Source of the DNA: Bacillota bacterium
Lineage (GTDB): Bacteria > Bacillota > JAAYKD01
NCBI GenBank assembly: GCA_963666425.2
Contig: OY762825.2
Span: 672,001-736,000, forward strand
Reading direction: 5' to 3'
Length of the DNA: 64,000 nucleotides
The position numbers and the translations under genes are program-made. Under the pieces are notes generated by a model. That model searched no databases and was not told where the DNA came from. It was given only the letters and a program-made list of their open reading frames with translations. This document shows, piece after piece, positions 22,796 to 33,416 of this stretch (the first letter of the stretch is position 1; every line of letters begins with the position of its first letter).

Positions 22796-23968
22796 TTACT
22801 TTCTTAAGTTCTCAGGGTAAATCGGTGACATTTTACGCAGGCGCTGGATAATTTCCGGCACAACCTGTAAAACAAAATCCACATCTTCTGCTGTATTTTC
22901 CCGTCCAAGAGTCAGGCGCAAAGATCCATGCGCCGTAGGATGATCGAGTCCGATTGCCAGCAGAACATGAGAGGGTTCCAGACTGCCGGAAGCACAGGCA
23001 GAACCGCTGGATGCGCAAATGCCTTTCAGATCAAGCGACAAAAGAATGGATTCGCCTTCAACATAAGCGATGCTGACATTGACATTGCTCGACAGCCGCA
23101 GGGTAGGATGACCGTTCAGCCGCACGTCAGGAATCTTGAGCAGCCCGGCAATCAGCTGATCCCGTAAAGCGGCTTCCCTGGCGTTTTCCTTTTCCATTTC
23201 GGCCACCGCAATTTCGATTGCGCTGCCTAAGCCGACAATGCCGGGGACATTCTCGGTGCCGGGACGCAGTCCCTTTTCTTGTTCTCCGCCATGCAGATGC
23301 GGCTTGATCCGCACACCGCGGCGTAAGTAAAGAGCACCTACCCCTTTGGGGCCGTAAAATTTATGAGCTGACATCGAGAGCAGATCGATATTCATTGCAT
23401 TCACATCAATCGGCAAATGTCCGACCGTCTGCACAGCGTCGACATGAAAAGTTACCTTGTGTGCTTTGCAGATAAGACCGAGCTCGGCGATTGGCTGGAT
23501 CGTGCCGATCTCGTTGTTGGCATGCATGATGCTGACCAAAATCGTATCCGGACGGATCGCTTTTTCCAAATCAGCCGGATTGACCATACCGAATTGATCA
23601 ACCGGCAGTTCGCTGATCTCATAACCGTTTTCTTTCAGCCAGGCAAAACTATTAAAAATAGCGTGGTGTTCGATCCCTGTCGTGATCAAATGTTTGCCTT
23701 TGCGGCTGGCCATCGCTTCGGCTACGCCAAGCACAGCCAGGTTATCCGCTTCGGTGCCGCCGGATGTAAAGTAAATTTCATTCGGGGTTGCTCCGATCGC
23801 TTTCGCTACTTTTACGCGCGCTTCCTCTACCAATTTTCGCGCCGCTTGGCCCACATGATGCATACTGGAGGCATTGCCATACACCTCGGTAAAAACCGGC
23901 AGCATCGCTTCCACTACGCGTGGATCAACTGCTGTCGTCGACGCATGATCCAGATAAATCGTTCTCAT
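22796..23968 (-). CDS. iscS: Cysteine desulfurase (IscS/NifS type)
   Basis: YLDHASTT, SAHKFYGPKG, SSGSACASG. Confidence 0.95.
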   Translation of the reverse strand: MRTIYLDHASTTAVDPRVVEAMLPVFTEVYGNASSMHHVGQAARKLVEEARVKVAKAIGATPNEIYFTSGGTEADNLAVLGVAEAMASRKGKHLITTGIEHHAIFNSFAWLKENGYEISELPVDQFGMVNPADLEKAIRPDTILVSIMHANNEIGTIQPIAELGLICKAHKVTFHVDAVQTVGHLPIDVNAMNIDLLSMSAHKFYGPKGVGALYLRRGVRIKPHLHGGEQEKGLRPGTENVPGIVGLGSAIEIAVAEMEKENAREAALRDQLIAGLLKIPDVRLNGHPTLRLSSNVNVSIAYVEGESILLSLDLKGICASSGSACASGSLEPSHVLLAIGLDHPTAHGSLRLTLGRENTAEDVDFVLQVVPEIIQRLRKMSPIYPENLRK

Positions 23969-24005
23969 AATATCCTCCCTTTCTAAAAAGCGATCGATGA
24001 CTTAA

Positions 24006-24434
24006 TTACTGATATTTGCCAGTCTGCAAATCATGCAAATTCATACTTTCCAGGATTTCGTTCATACCGTTCTGCAGCCGACGCCAGACAACCTGAATCA
24101 GGCAGGCTTCTTCTTTGCTGCCGCAGGAAGTAAAGCCAAGTTCCTGACTTAAACAATCGCAGGGCACAATGGGTCCTTCCAAAACCTCCAGGATCTGCCG
24201 CACTGTAATCTCTTCTGCGCTTCTAGCTAAACGATAGCCACCATAAGCACCCCGGATGCTGAGCACCAGATCGGCTTTTTTTAACTCCATGAAAATTTGC
24301 TCCAGGTACTGCTCTGAAATATGCTCATCTTCTGCTATTTGCCGCAGCGAAAGCGGATTACCACCCTCATTGCCAGCCAGAACCACCATGGCACGCAAAC
24401 CATATTCACTGCGCGTTGAAAATTTCATAAGCAC
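24006..24434 (-). CDS. Rrf2-family regulator (IscR/CymR-like) with conserved Cys
   Basis: STRSEYGLRAM, YLEQIF, RGAYGGY, Cys-rich C-terminal half; heads the iscSU operon. Confidence 0.88.
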   Translation of the reverse strand: MLMKFSTRSEYGLRAMVVLAGNEGGNPLSLRQIAEDEHISEQYLEQIFMELKKADLVLSIRGAYGGYRLARSAEEITVRQILEVLEGPIVPCDCLSQELGFTSCGSKEEACLIQVVWRRLQNGMNEILESMNLHDLQTGKYQ

Positions 24435-24448
24435 CGCCTTCTCGATAT

Positions 24449-24509
24449 CCTATCAAATTGCTAGGCTTTATTACAACCATATCCTACTCCTTTACTAGGA
24501 ATATGTCAA
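24449..24509 (-). promoter_or_regulatory. Promoter of the Rrf2-iscS-iscU-trxB operon with two CCTA-N9-TAGG operator palindromes
   Basis: Minus strand TTGACA (24504-24509)-17 bp-TAGGAT (24481-24486); palindromes at 24449-24465 and 24483-24499. Confidence 0.65.
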
Positions 24510-24651
24510 GTTCGGAATCTGATTTTTTACGATAGTTGCTGCTGCAAAATTATGTTAGCAAAATAGCAGCTCTCTTTCCTCAAAACGACAGGAAATAAAA
24601 GAATAAACCGTCTCCGAACACCTTTTTGAGCGATGTTCTGAGACGGTTTTC

Positions 24652-24894
24652 TTATTCCTCATTTTTAAAAACCAAAACGTATTCACCATTTTCCGCTAGA
24701 GTAACCACCCTTTCGATGTCCTCAAGATACATCGAGGCAACATCAAAAGGATCTTGGAAACGAACGCATACACCGCAGGAAGCGCTCAATGCCCGTGGCA
24801 CCGGCATCATCACAGCCGCAATTCCCAGTTTCATTAAACGATTCCGAAAAGACATGGCGCCAAAATGGGTGTGGAAGGTCGCTATTGTAACCAT
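24652..24894 (-). CDS. DUF3343 protein
   Basis: ATFHTHFGA, MPVPRALSASCG. Confidence 0.8.
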   Translation of the reverse strand: MVTIATFHTHFGAMSFRNRLMKLGIAAVMMPVPRALSASCGVCVRFQDPFDVASMYLEDIERVVTLAENGEYVLVFKNEE

Positions 24895-24905
24895 CTTGTC
24901 TCTCC

Positions 24906-25109
24906 CTATTGACTGATTGTCAATTCGAAATCTTCTCCTATGACTTGATAAGAGACCTGATAACCGGCACTGGCGGCAAAGCGCATGATGTTTTGCACCG
25001 GTATCATACTATCGACCAAAACCAGCAGCGGCGTACCCTGCCGAAGAGCTTGCTTTGTCATGATCACAGGTTCAGGGCAGGAGTATCCACGCGCATCCAC
25101 TTTATTCAT
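24906..25109 (-). CDS. TusA/SirA-family sulfur carrier (YedF-like)
   Basis: VDARGYSCPEP motif. Confidence 0.88.
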   Translation of the reverse strand: MNKVDARGYSCPEPVIMTKQALRQGTPLLVLVDSMIPVQNIMRFAASAGYQVSYQVIGEDFELTISQ

Positions 25110-26167
25110 CAGACTGCCTCCTTCTTCAAATTAGCCAACCCAATGGCGATTGTTACAGCAAAACCAATTCCAACCGCAATCTGACCATTGAGAGTCGGGC
25201 CGGCAGCCGAGGAAGCCAGACCGAAATTATGGCAGAACGCAGCACCAATGATCATGCCAATCACCGTAATGGCTGAATCGGAATTGCCGCTGCCGGCCAA
25301 GATCAATTGGCGCAGAGGACAGCCGCCCAACAAAGCGGAAGCGAGACCAACCAGCGCCATGCCCAAGAAATTCCATAAAGCATTATGGAAAGCAATCGGC
25401 TGCGCGTCGAAACCCAAGGTGAATTTTCCGAGGATTAAATTGCCGATCAATGCAGCCAGCAGGATGCCAACAAAACCAATCAATAAGTAAAAATCTTTAA
25501 AAAGCACTGCATCTCGGATGCCGCCAACCATACAGAGGCGTGTCTTCTGCGCCAAAGCACCGACAATCAAACCACAAATCAAAGACAGTGCAATGGGAGC
25601 CGCCATTGATCCGGGGCCAGTGCTGCTGAAAACTAAGAAAGAAGGTAAGAAAATCAGCAGAGCAAAAACCAGAATCGCCAGGATGCCCATCCAAAGGCCT
25701 TCCAATTTGGCCTGCGGATGTGATTTTCTCAAAGTAAATCCTTTTTTCAGGAAAAGTACACCTCCGAGAATACCGGCAATAAAACCAACTAAGCCAATCA
25801 CCGCATTCAAATCACCGCCGGCAATCCGCAGGACCATCCGCAAAGGACATCCTAAAAACATCAAGGCGCCAACCATGACGAAAAAGCCAAGCACAAAACG
25901 AGTGACAGGAGAAGATCCCCCTCTGGCATTGAATTCTTTGCCGGCGATCGACATGACCAGAGCGCCAAGGATTAAGCCGATGATTTCCGGCCGCGCATAT
26001 TGCACAACTGCCGCATTGTGCAGTTTCAGAGCACCGGCCGTATCGCGCAGAAAACAGGCTATACAAAAGCCCATATTCGCAGGATTGCCGAATTTCACCA
26101 AAACGACAGCAATGATGCCAATTAAAATACCGGTGACAGCCATGAACAGATTTTGTTTCCCCTTCAT
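25109..26167 (-). CDS. yedE: YedE-family selenium-metabolism-associated membrane transporter
   Basis: GNPANMGFCIACFLRD, GCPLR (twice), RLCMVGGIRD. Confidence 0.9.
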   Translation of the reverse strand: MKGKQNLFMAVTGILIGIIAVVLVKFGNPANMGFCIACFLRDTAGALKLHNAAVVQYARPEIIGLILGALVMSIAGKEFNARGGSSPVTRFVLGFFVMVGALMFLGCPLRMVLRIAGGDLNAVIGLVGFIAGILGGVLFLKKGFTLRKSHPQAKLEGLWMGILAILVFALLIFLPSFLVFSSTGPGSMAAPIALSLICGLIVGALAQKTRLCMVGGIRDAVLFKDFYLLIGFVGILLAALIGNLILGKFTLGFDAQPIAFHNALWNFLGMALVGLASALLGGCPLRQLILAGSGNSDSAITVIGMIIGAAFCHNFGLASSAAGPTLNGQIAVGIGFAVTIAIGLANLKKEAV

Positions 26168-26342
26168 TTACCTTACCTCCATTTTTTACTTTCATCAGTA
26201 TAGTACGAAATTGCAGGAAAGTAAAATACATAATTTCGATAAATTTTCATTATTTATAGATATTATCTATAAAGACTGGCTTATCAACGGATTTTCATGT
26301 ATAATAACCGCATAAAAAGACAAAGGAGGAACTCTTCTGATC

Positions 26343-27533
26343 ATGCAGCACATTTACTTTGACCAAGCCAGCAGTTCATTTCCCAAAGCGGAGGGTGTTT
26401 CTGATGCCATCAAGCACTTTCTGGATCAGGGTGCTTTTAATATTAACCGCGGCAGTTATGAAGCGGCTTATGAAATTTCACAGCTGGTCCTAGAAACCAG
26501 AGAACTGCTCGCCGATTTGTTTCATTTTGCACCGGTAAAAAATGTGATATTCACACCCGGCGTGACCTATTCCTTAAATTTTCTGATCAAAGGGCTCTTT
26601 CATACCGGTGATCATCTGATCTGTTCTTCCATGGAGCACAATGCCGTCATGCGGCCGCTGACGCAAACCGCCAAACTTGGTGTTCGCTTTGATGCAGCGT
26701 TATGTCGGCCGGATGGCAGCTTGGATCCGCAGCGGATCGAAGATCTGATCCAGCCCCAGACCAAAGCAGTCATCCTCACCGCTGCCTCCAATGTTTGCGG
26801 CAGCTTTTTGCCGCTGGCAGAAATCGGACGGATCTGCCGTCAGCATCAGCTTTGGTTTATTCTGGACAGCGCGCAGATGGCCGGTACATTTCCTTTGGAT
26901 ATGCAGGCACTGCAGATTGACGCGCTCGCTTTTCCCGGGCATAAAGGTCTCCTGGGTCCACAGGGAATTGGTGGAATGCTGATTTCCGAGGAAATCGCCC
27001 AGCTGGCTGAACCCCTGATCAGCGGTGGCACCGGCAGTGCTTCCCATTTGGAAGAGATGCCTGCCCTGCTGCCGGATCGGTTCGAAGCGGGAACCTTGAA
27101 CCTGCCCGGGATCATCGGCTTACGAGCCGCTCTGCAATATTTAGCCAAGCAGCCGGCAGCTGCTATAGCAGCAAAAGAACTCGCTCTCACAGCAGCATTT
27201 CTGCGGGGAGCCGCTGATTTACCACAGGTCCGGATCATCGGGTTACCGGGCTGCGCAAAACGTGCGCCTGTCGTCTCGCTTGATTTTTGCGGTGATGACA
27301 ATGCCCGCATCGCTTATCAATTGGAAAGTGATTTTGGCATCATGACCAGAGTTGGTTTGCACTGCGCCCCTCGCGCTCACCAAACCTTGGGGACCTTCCC
27401 ACAGGGAACCGTGCGCTTTTCTTTCGGGCAGCAGAATACAGAGGATGAAGTGAACTTTTGCTTGGCAGCACTGAAGAAAATTCTGCGCCGTCAGCCGTGT
27501 AGCAGCAGCAAAGGAGACTCCCATGCACTTTAA
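26343..27533 (+). CDS. Cysteine desulfurase-family protein (class V PLP enzyme)
   Basis: [37 protein letters not shown]. Confidence 0.88.
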   Translation: MQHIYFDQASSSFPKAEGVSDAIKHFLDQGAFNINRGSYEAAYEISQLVLETRELLADLFHFAPVKNVIFTPGVTYSLNFLIKGLFHTGDHLICSSMEHNAVMRPLTQTAKLGVRFDAALCRPDGSLDPQRIEDLIQPQTKAVILTAASNVCGSFLPLAEIGRICRQHQLWFILDSAQMAGTFPLDMQALQIDALAFPGHKGLLGPQGIGGMLISEEIAQLAEPLISGGTGSASHLEEMPALLPDRFEAGTLNLPGIIGLRAALQYLAKQPAAAIAAKELALTAAFLRGAADLPQVRIIGLPGCAKRAPVVSLDFCGDDNARIAYQLESDFGIMTRVGLHCAPRAHQTLGTFPQGTVRFSFGQQNTEDEVNFCLAALKKILRRQPCSSSKGDSHAL

Positions 27534-28446
27534 ACAGATCGAAGCCTTTGTTCAGGTTGCTCGCGAGAAAAGCTTCTCCAAAGCCGCCAAAGCGATGTAT
27601 CTGTCTCAGCCAACCATCAGCGCCCATATCACTGCTTTGGAAGAGGAACTGCAGGCAAAATTGCTGGTGCGCTCAACAAAGGAAGTCTACCCATCGAAAG
27701 CAGGCAGAATCTTTTACCAATACGCCTTGGAAATTCTCACCCTGCGCGACAAGGCACTGCTTGAGGTGAAGAGTTATTCTACAGAACTGAAAGGTACCCT
27801 GACCATCGCTGCCTCCACCGTGCCGGCCCAGTATCTCCTGCCGGAGATCTTACCCTGCCTGGTAGGAAAATATCCGGATATCTGTTATTCTATTCTGCAG
27901 TGTGACAGCATTGAGGTGCTGCACAAAATACAGAATTCAGAAGCGGAAATCGGGCTCAGCGGTACGGCTTTTGAGAAAAATTCCTGTGTCTTCGAGCCGT
28001 TTACCAATGACCAATTGGTTTTAATCACCCCCAATACTGAGTACTACCGTTCCTTTCACGGGGTAATACCATGGGAAGAATTTAAAAAAGTGCCATTTTT
28101 GTTTCGGGAGTCCGGTTCCGGCACACGCAAGGAATCGGAGGTATTTCTCAGCTATTGCGGTATTGACGCCAAGCAATTGCATTGCTCGATTCAGCTGCAA
28201 AGCACCGAAAGCATTATTCAAGCGGTAAAAAACAACCTGGGCATTTCCATTGTCTCGGCAAGAGCCTGTCAAGACCAGCAGAAATTCGGTATGATCCTTA
28301 GCTTTCCAGTGGGAGCTCCCTGTTTGCAGCGAAGTTTTTATCTTGTTTATCATAAAAGTCGACCGCTCTCTCCGGCTGCGGAAGCCTTTCTGCGCGAGGT
28401 CAGAAAAATCTACTCCCAGCAAGAAAAAGCAACCAACGTTATTTGA
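27523..28446 (+). CDS. LysR-family regulator (selenium-metabolism-associated type)
   Basis: [28 protein letters not shown]; next to yedE/yedF. Confidence 0.88.
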   Translation: MHFKQIEAFVQVAREKSFSKAAKAMYLSQPTISAHITALEEELQAKLLVRSTKEVYPSKAGRIFYQYALEILTLRDKALLEVKSYSTELKGTLTIAASTVPAQYLLPEILPCLVGKYPDICYSILQCDSIEVLHKIQNSEAEIGLSGTAFEKNSCVFEPFTNDQLVLITPNTEYYRSFHGVIPWEEFKKVPFLFRESGSGTRKESEVFLSYCGIDAKQLHCSIQLQSTESIIQAVKNNLGISIVSARACQDQQKFGMILSFPVGAPCLQRSFYLVYHKSRPLSPAAEAFLREVRKIYSQQEKATNVI

Positions 28447-28467
28447 TTTTAATATCAGAAAAAATAC

Positions 28468-28517
28468 AATCTCCCTGTGGCAGCCTGATCTGATGGCTGC
28501 CACAGGGAGATTTTTTG
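28468..28517. terminator. Intrinsic terminator
   Basis: AATCTCCCTGTGGCAGCC...GGCTGCCACAGGGAGATT followed by a T tract. Confidence 0.82.
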
Positions 28518-28568
28518 ATCTTGAGTTCAACGATTCACTCAAGCTGAAAAAGCCAATCACTTTCTCCG

Positions 28569-29420
28569 TTATTTTTGATATTTTGCGAACAATTCCCGGA
28601 AACCTTCGATCGGCTCCGAGATGTGATAGGCATGCTGATCTTCCGGGAAGACACCGGTTTTGACGTCCTTGACATACTCCTTGAATGCTTCCGTTTCCAC
28701 TTGCGCCACATTGGCGTATTTTTTTACAAATTTCGGCGTGAAGGCTTGGAATAATCCCAACATATCACCGCAAATCAGCAATTGTCCGTCTGCCGCACCG
28801 GCACCGATGCTATAGACAGGAATGGTCAGCAGTTGGCAGAGGAAAGCAGTTACTTCCGGTGGTACGGCTTCGACTAAAATAGAATAAGCTCCCGCTGCCT
28901 CGACTGCCAGAGCGTCCTCAATCACGGCTTGAGCGCTGGCAACTGTGCGTCCCTGCGCCATAAAGCCACCCAATTGTCCGGAACTCTGCGGAGTCAGACC
29001 GATATGGCCCATGACGGCAATTCCGGCATCGGCTATGGCGCGGATTCTGCTTTGGACGCGAACACCGCCCTCCAGCTTAATCGCATCGACCTGCGCTTCT
29101 TTGAGGAAGCGGCAGGCATTGTAGACAGCGTCTTCATTGGAAGTTTGATATGAGCCAAACGGCATATCGCCGATGATAAAGGTATTGGGAGCGCCACGTT
29201 TGACAGCTTGACAGTGGGACAAACAGTCTTCCATGGTAACAGGATTCGTCCCCTGGTAGCCCAAGACGATCATACCGAGCGAATCTCCCACCAGAATCAT
29301 ATCCATGCCGGCTGCTTCCTCAAAGGTTGCCATCGGATAATCATAGCAGGTCATCCAAGCAACCTGCTCGCCTTTTGCCTTCATTTTCCGAAAATCAAGC
29401 ACCGATTTTTTCTTTGCCAT
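28569..29420 (-). CDS. panB: 3-methyl-2-oxobutanoate hydroxymethyltransferase
   Basis: TCYDY, LVGDSLG, DMPFGSY, KLEGG, GHIGLTPQ, PKFVKKY. Confidence 0.95.
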   Translation of the reverse strand: MAKKKSVLDFRKMKAKGEQVAWMTCYDYPMATFEEAAGMDMILVGDSLGMIVLGYQGTNPVTMEDCLSHCQAVKRGAPNTFIIGDMPFGSYQTSNEDAVYNACRFLKEAQVDAIKLEGGVRVQSRIRAIADAGIAVMGHIGLTPQSSGQLGGFMAQGRTVASAQAVIEDALAVEAAGAYSILVEAVPPEVTAFLCQLLTIPVYSIGAGAADGQLLICGDMLGLFQAFTPKFVKKYANVAQVETEAFKEYVKDVKTGVFPEDQHAYHISEPIEGFRELFAKYQK

Positions 29421-29450
29421 TCTAAAAATTCCTCCTTCATACTTACTGAA

Positions 29451-30647
29451 CTAGACTGTCGCCTGCAAACTGGCCGTAAACGCTGCGATGCGGGCGGCTG
29501 CTTCCTGGATATTCTCCATTGAATTCGCCGTGGATAAGCGCAGATGGTCTTTGCCATAGAAACCAAAGGATTCTCCGTCCAATGCCGCTACACCGGCTTC
29601 TTTTAACAGGCGATCAGCGAATTCCGCACTGCCGATACCGGTTTTTTTCACGCTGGGAAAGACGTAAAAGGCGCTGTTCGGGATTTGGCATTCAATTCCG
29701 TCAATTTGATTGAGCGCTTTTGCCAGCCAAACGGAACGTTCCGCAAAAGCATCGCGCATCATCGTCACACTCTCCTGCGGACCACGCAGGGCTTCAATGG
29801 CAGCGATCTGACTGAACGAAGCGGCACAGCCATTGCTGTTGACCATCAGGGTAGAAAACGCTGCGGCAATATCCGCCTGCATCACGCCATAACCCAGACG
29901 CCAGCCGGTCATGGCATAGGTTTTAGAAAAACCATCCAGTAAAATGGTGCGATCCTTCATCCCTGCAACGGCTGCCGAAGACAGCGCTTGGGTTTGATCG
30001 AAAATCAGTCGGTCATAAATCTCATCACAAAGAATATAAGCTTTGGAATGATCACGGATGATTTCCACCAACTGCAGCATCCGCTCTTTACTGATCATAT
30101 GGCCGGTTGGATTGGACGGATTGTTTAAAATGACGAGTTTCGTTTTCTCATTCAGCAGCGATCTCAATTCGTCCGGGTCCGGCTGAAAAGAATTCTCAAC
30201 CAGCAGCTTTAAAGCCACCTCTTTGCCTCCGGTAAAATGAATGCAGGAGGCATAGGTTGGAAAACCGGGATTGGGGCAAATGACTTCATCGCCGGGATTG
30301 ATCAAAGCCAGCATGGTATAAAAAATGATCGGTTTGGCGCCGGGCGTCACCACGATCTCGTCCGGATTCGTTTTCACCTGCTTGTATTTCCAACAGTATT
30401 CGGCAATGGCCTGCCGCGTTTCCAGCAGTCCCTGCGCCGCGGTATAACCCGTCTTGCCCGCCGCAATCGCCTGAAACGCCGCCTGTTGTATATTCAGCGG
30501 TGTGTGAAAATTCGGCTGTCCGATTTCCAGATGGATAATATTTCGGCCCTGTGCTTCCAAAGCGGTCGCCTGGGCTAAAACCTTGTAAGCGCCTTCTCCC
30601 TGCAGCAAGGAGATACGCTGCGCCAGCGGACTATCCTGCATGAACAT
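29451..30647 (-). CDS. Class I/II PLP aminotransferase (aspartate aminotransferase-like)
   Basis: NNPSNPTG, DEIYD, GFSKTYAMTGWRLGY. Confidence 0.92.
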   Translation of the reverse strand: MFMQDSPLAQRISLLQGEGAYKVLAQATALEAQGRNIIHLEIGQPNFHTPLNIQQAAFQAIAAGKTGYTAAQGLLETRQAIAEYCWKYKQVKTNPDEIVVTPGAKPIIFYTMLALINPGDEVICPNPGFPTYASCIHFTGGKEVALKLLVENSFQPDPDELRSLLNEKTKLVILNNPSNPTGHMISKERMLQLVEIIRDHSKAYILCDEIYDRLIFDQTQALSSAAVAGMKDRTILLDGFSKTYAMTGWRLGYGVMQADIAAAFSTLMVNSNGCAASFSQIAAIEALRGPQESVTMMRDAFAERSVWLAKALNQIDGIECQIPNSAFYVFPSVKKTGIGSAEFADRLLKEAGVAALDGESFGFYGKDHLRLSTANSMENIQEAAARIAAFTASLQATV

Positions 30648-30874
30648 CCCTCCTATTCCGGTCTGATCTCGTGCAATTCGATTTGAAAAAACGGTAATGA
30701 CATGGAATCCAACACAGATAAACTAAAAATACCACCTTGCATGATAACTGTCAATAGGATATCGTCAGAAAATGTTGCGAAAACCAGAACAGCAGAAAGG
30801 AGAATGCCGGGGGGAAAACTAACTAAGAGAAGAAAGATTTACTGAGAAAAACAGCAGGGCAAGGAGATGATTCC

Positions 30875-31672
30875 ATGAAAAAAGGCATTAATGAAGTTGG
30901 TATTCCCAAGGGGTTGAGCCGCGCCGAGGAATTCGCCTGGGTATCTGCGGCCGGATTTGACGGAATCGAATTGAATTTAGAAAATCCTCTCTCCCCAACA
31001 GAAGTTGCGGAAATTCTGCAGTTATGCAGAAAACATCATTTGGAAATCATCGGCCTGGTTTCACCTCATCTGTGGCAGTACCGCCTGACCTCCAATGACT
31101 CTGCCAAACGCAAGCGGGCGCAGGAAATTGTGAAACAACTGGTCATCGACGCCAAAGCATTGCAGGCCAGCTGCATTTTGGTTGTACCCGGTATGGTGGA
31201 TGAGGAAACTTCTTACCTCGAAGCCTATGATAACGCTTTGCAGGCGCTGCGGGAATTGAAACCTTTTCTGCAGCACTACGGCGTATTTGTAGGGATTGAA
31301 AACGTTTGGAACAAATTTTTACTGTCTCCCTTGGAAATGCGGCATTTCATTGAAGAAATCGATTCGCCGCTGGTGGGAGCTTATTTTGATGTTGGCAATG
31401 CCGTGGTCAATTCCTACCCCGAATATTGGATTGAAATCCTCGATGATATGCTGCTCCGCATTCACTTGAAAGATTTTAAACGCTCTGTCGGCAACCTGGA
31501 AGGCTTTGTCGATTTATTGGAAGGGGATGTCAATTGGCCGCGGGTGATGTCTGCCCTGCGCGCCGCCACCTATGACGGTTATCTCACTGTAGAGGTCCCC
31601 TTCGCAAAATTGGCACCGCAGCATTTTTTGAACAATACCATCAGTCATCTGGAAACCATTTTCAGCATGTAA
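30875..31672 (+). CDS. Sugar phosphate isomerase/epimerase (xylose isomerase-like TIM barrel)
   Basis: GFDGIEL, ENVWNKFLLSPLE, YFDVGN, IHLKDF. Confidence 0.88.
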   Translation: MKKGINEVGIPKGLSRAEEFAWVSAAGFDGIELNLENPLSPTEVAEILQLCRKHHLEIIGLVSPHLWQYRLTSNDSAKRKRAQEIVKQLVIDAKALQASCILVVPGMVDEETSYLEAYDNALQALRELKPFLQHYGVFVGIENVWNKFLLSPLEMRHFIEEIDSPLVGAYFDVGNAVVNSYPEYWIEILDDMLLRIHLKDFKRSVGNLEGFVDLLEGDVNWPRVMSALRAATYDGYLTVEVPFAKLAPQHFLNNTISHLETIFSM

Positions 31673-31685
31673 AGGAGTATTTTGT

Positions 31686-32702
31686 ATGAGAGCAGCTTTA
31701 ATCGGTCTGGGAGCCATGGGCAGAGGTCATTTGGATAACTATCTTCGTATGCTGAAAGACAGCGGTCCGCTGCAATTGGTGGCAGTCTGTGACGTGGATC
31801 CGGCGAAATTTGAGAATTTTCAAGGGCAGCTGAATCTGGAAGGGATCGGCGACAGTCATTATGATTTCAGCCAATTTCACTGCTATCACGATCTGGATGA
31901 AATGCTGGCTAAAGAAGACTTGAAATTTGTGACGATCGCTCTGCCCACCTTTTTGCATTGTCAGACCGCAGTGAAATGCCTGCAGCGGGGCTTGCATGTT
32001 TTATGTGAGAAACCAATGGCGATGGATGCAGCGGAATGCCGCCTGATGATAGAGACGGCGCAGCGCTGCAATCAACAGCTGATGATCGGTCATTGTCTGC
32101 GCTTCTGGGGTGAATACGAATTTCTCAAACAGACGATGGAGAGCGGGATTTATGGCAAAGCGATTTCCGCCTATTTCTACCGCGGTGGTTCCACACCGAT
32201 GTGGTCGTATGAGAATTGGCTTTTAAAAGCCGACCGTGGCGGCGGCGCCGTCTACGATCAGCATGTGCATGACGTGGATATGGTGCAGTACCTCTTCGGT
32301 ATGCCGCGAGAAGTCTGCACACTCGGTCAGGTTGTCATACCCGGCAGCAATTTCGATACCGTATCGACCAATTACGATTATCCCAATCTGGTGGTCAACA
32401 GCCAGAATGACTGGACCCTGTCCGGTATTGCCTTCAGCATGGGATTCCGGGTAAATTTTGAGCACGGCACTGTTCAGATGGATCAGGACGGTCTGCACGT
32501 TGCGGCAACCGGCGAAGCCTTCCGTGAACCGGCCTATGATCATGAAAACGCTTATTACAAAGAAGTGCTTTATTTTGCCGACTGTATTCTGCATCAAAAG
32601 CAAAACAGCATCAACCCGCCGGAGGATTCATTACAAACCATTTTGCTGGTCCATGCTGAAATCGAATCTGCCAAGCACGGCGGCAAACCGGTTGCACTAT
32701 AA
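31686..32702 (+). CDS. Gfo/Idh/MocA oxidoreductase
   Basis: GLGAMG, CEKPMA, GHCLRF, GGA-YDQHVHD. Confidence 0.9.
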   Translation: MRAALIGLGAMGRGHLDNYLRMLKDSGPLQLVAVCDVDPAKFENFQGQLNLEGIGDSHYDFSQFHCYHDLDEMLAKEDLKFVTIALPTFLHCQTAVKCLQRGLHVLCEKPMAMDAAECRLMIETAQRCNQQLMIGHCLRFWGEYEFLKQTMESGIYGKAISAYFYRGGSTPMWSYENWLLKADRGGGAVYDQHVHDVDMVQYLFGMPREVCTLGQVVIPGSNFDTVSTNYDYPNLVVNSQNDWTLSGIAFSMGFRVNFEHGTVQMDQDGLHVAATGEAFREPAYDHENAYYKEVLYFADCILHQKQNSINPPEDSLQTILLVHAEIESAKHGGKPVAL

Positions 32703-32739
32703 TCCATTATTACAATTTCGGTAAGGAGTTGCCGCTTAC

Positions 32740-33231
32740 ATGAATCAAATTCGCCAGTTCGTTTTAGAAGCTTTGGAGTACGCTAACGTTGCTTACAAGA
32801 TCACCGAGCATCCGGCTGTCTATACGATAGAAGAAATGGATCGGCTGCAGATCGATCCTCAAAACGAGGTAGCAAAGAATCTTTTTCTTCGTGATGATAA
32901 AAAGCAAAGATATTTTCTGCTTGTGCTGCCAAAATACAAGCAAGTAGATTTGAATGCGATTCGAATGGCAGTAGACAGCCGACGGTTAAGCTTTGCTTCG
33001 ACAGACGATCTAGCTCATTACTTAGGTTTAAGCAAAGGTGCGGTCTCGCCTCTGGGTGTTCTCAATGATACTGAGCGAAGTGTAGAAGTCGTGTTAGATC
33101 AGGAGCTGCGCAGTTACGAACGCATCGGAGTTCATCCCAACGAGAATACAGCCACGCTTTGGCTGCGCCCGGCCGATTTGCTATTGATCATTCAACAACA
33201 TGGTAATCCGGTCAGCTACTGCCGGTTTTAA
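32740..33231 (+). CDS. YbaK/ProX (PrdX)-family aminoacyl-tRNA editing protein
   Basis: HPAVYT, KNLFLRD, GAVSPLG, GVHPNENTAT. Confidence 0.88.
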   Translation: MNQIRQFVLEALEYANVAYKITEHPAVYTIEEMDRLQIDPQNEVAKNLFLRDDKKQRYFLLVLPKYKQVDLNAIRMAVDSRRLSFASTDDLAHYLGLSKGAVSPLGVLNDTERSVEVVLDQELRSYERIGVHPNENTATLWLRPADLLLIIQQHGNPVSYCRF

Positions 33232-33416
33232 GCCGATTATTTATGTCGATATACGGTTTTTGCCAGGAGATTTCACCCGAAAAATCAATCAAATCGATGC
33301 GTGCGGAACGGTCAAGACCGTTCCCTACATTTTTCGAGTTGGTCAGATTATCAATTTATATCACTGACGAGATGCTTTTAAGAACGAAGCATACAAGTAT
33401 TTTACGAGATTACCGT

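Noticed and set aside
25518-26315. Long antisense ORFs (265 aa opposite yedE; 239 aa at 14195-14914; 208 aa at 41220-41846)
   Set aside because: They are shadows of well-supported genes on the opposite strand and have no recognisable motifs
33364-33390. Hammerhead ribozyme core (CTGACGA...CGAA) in the repeat module
   Set aside because: It reads GAAG rather than GAAA, stem II does not pair, and no convincing stems I/III were found
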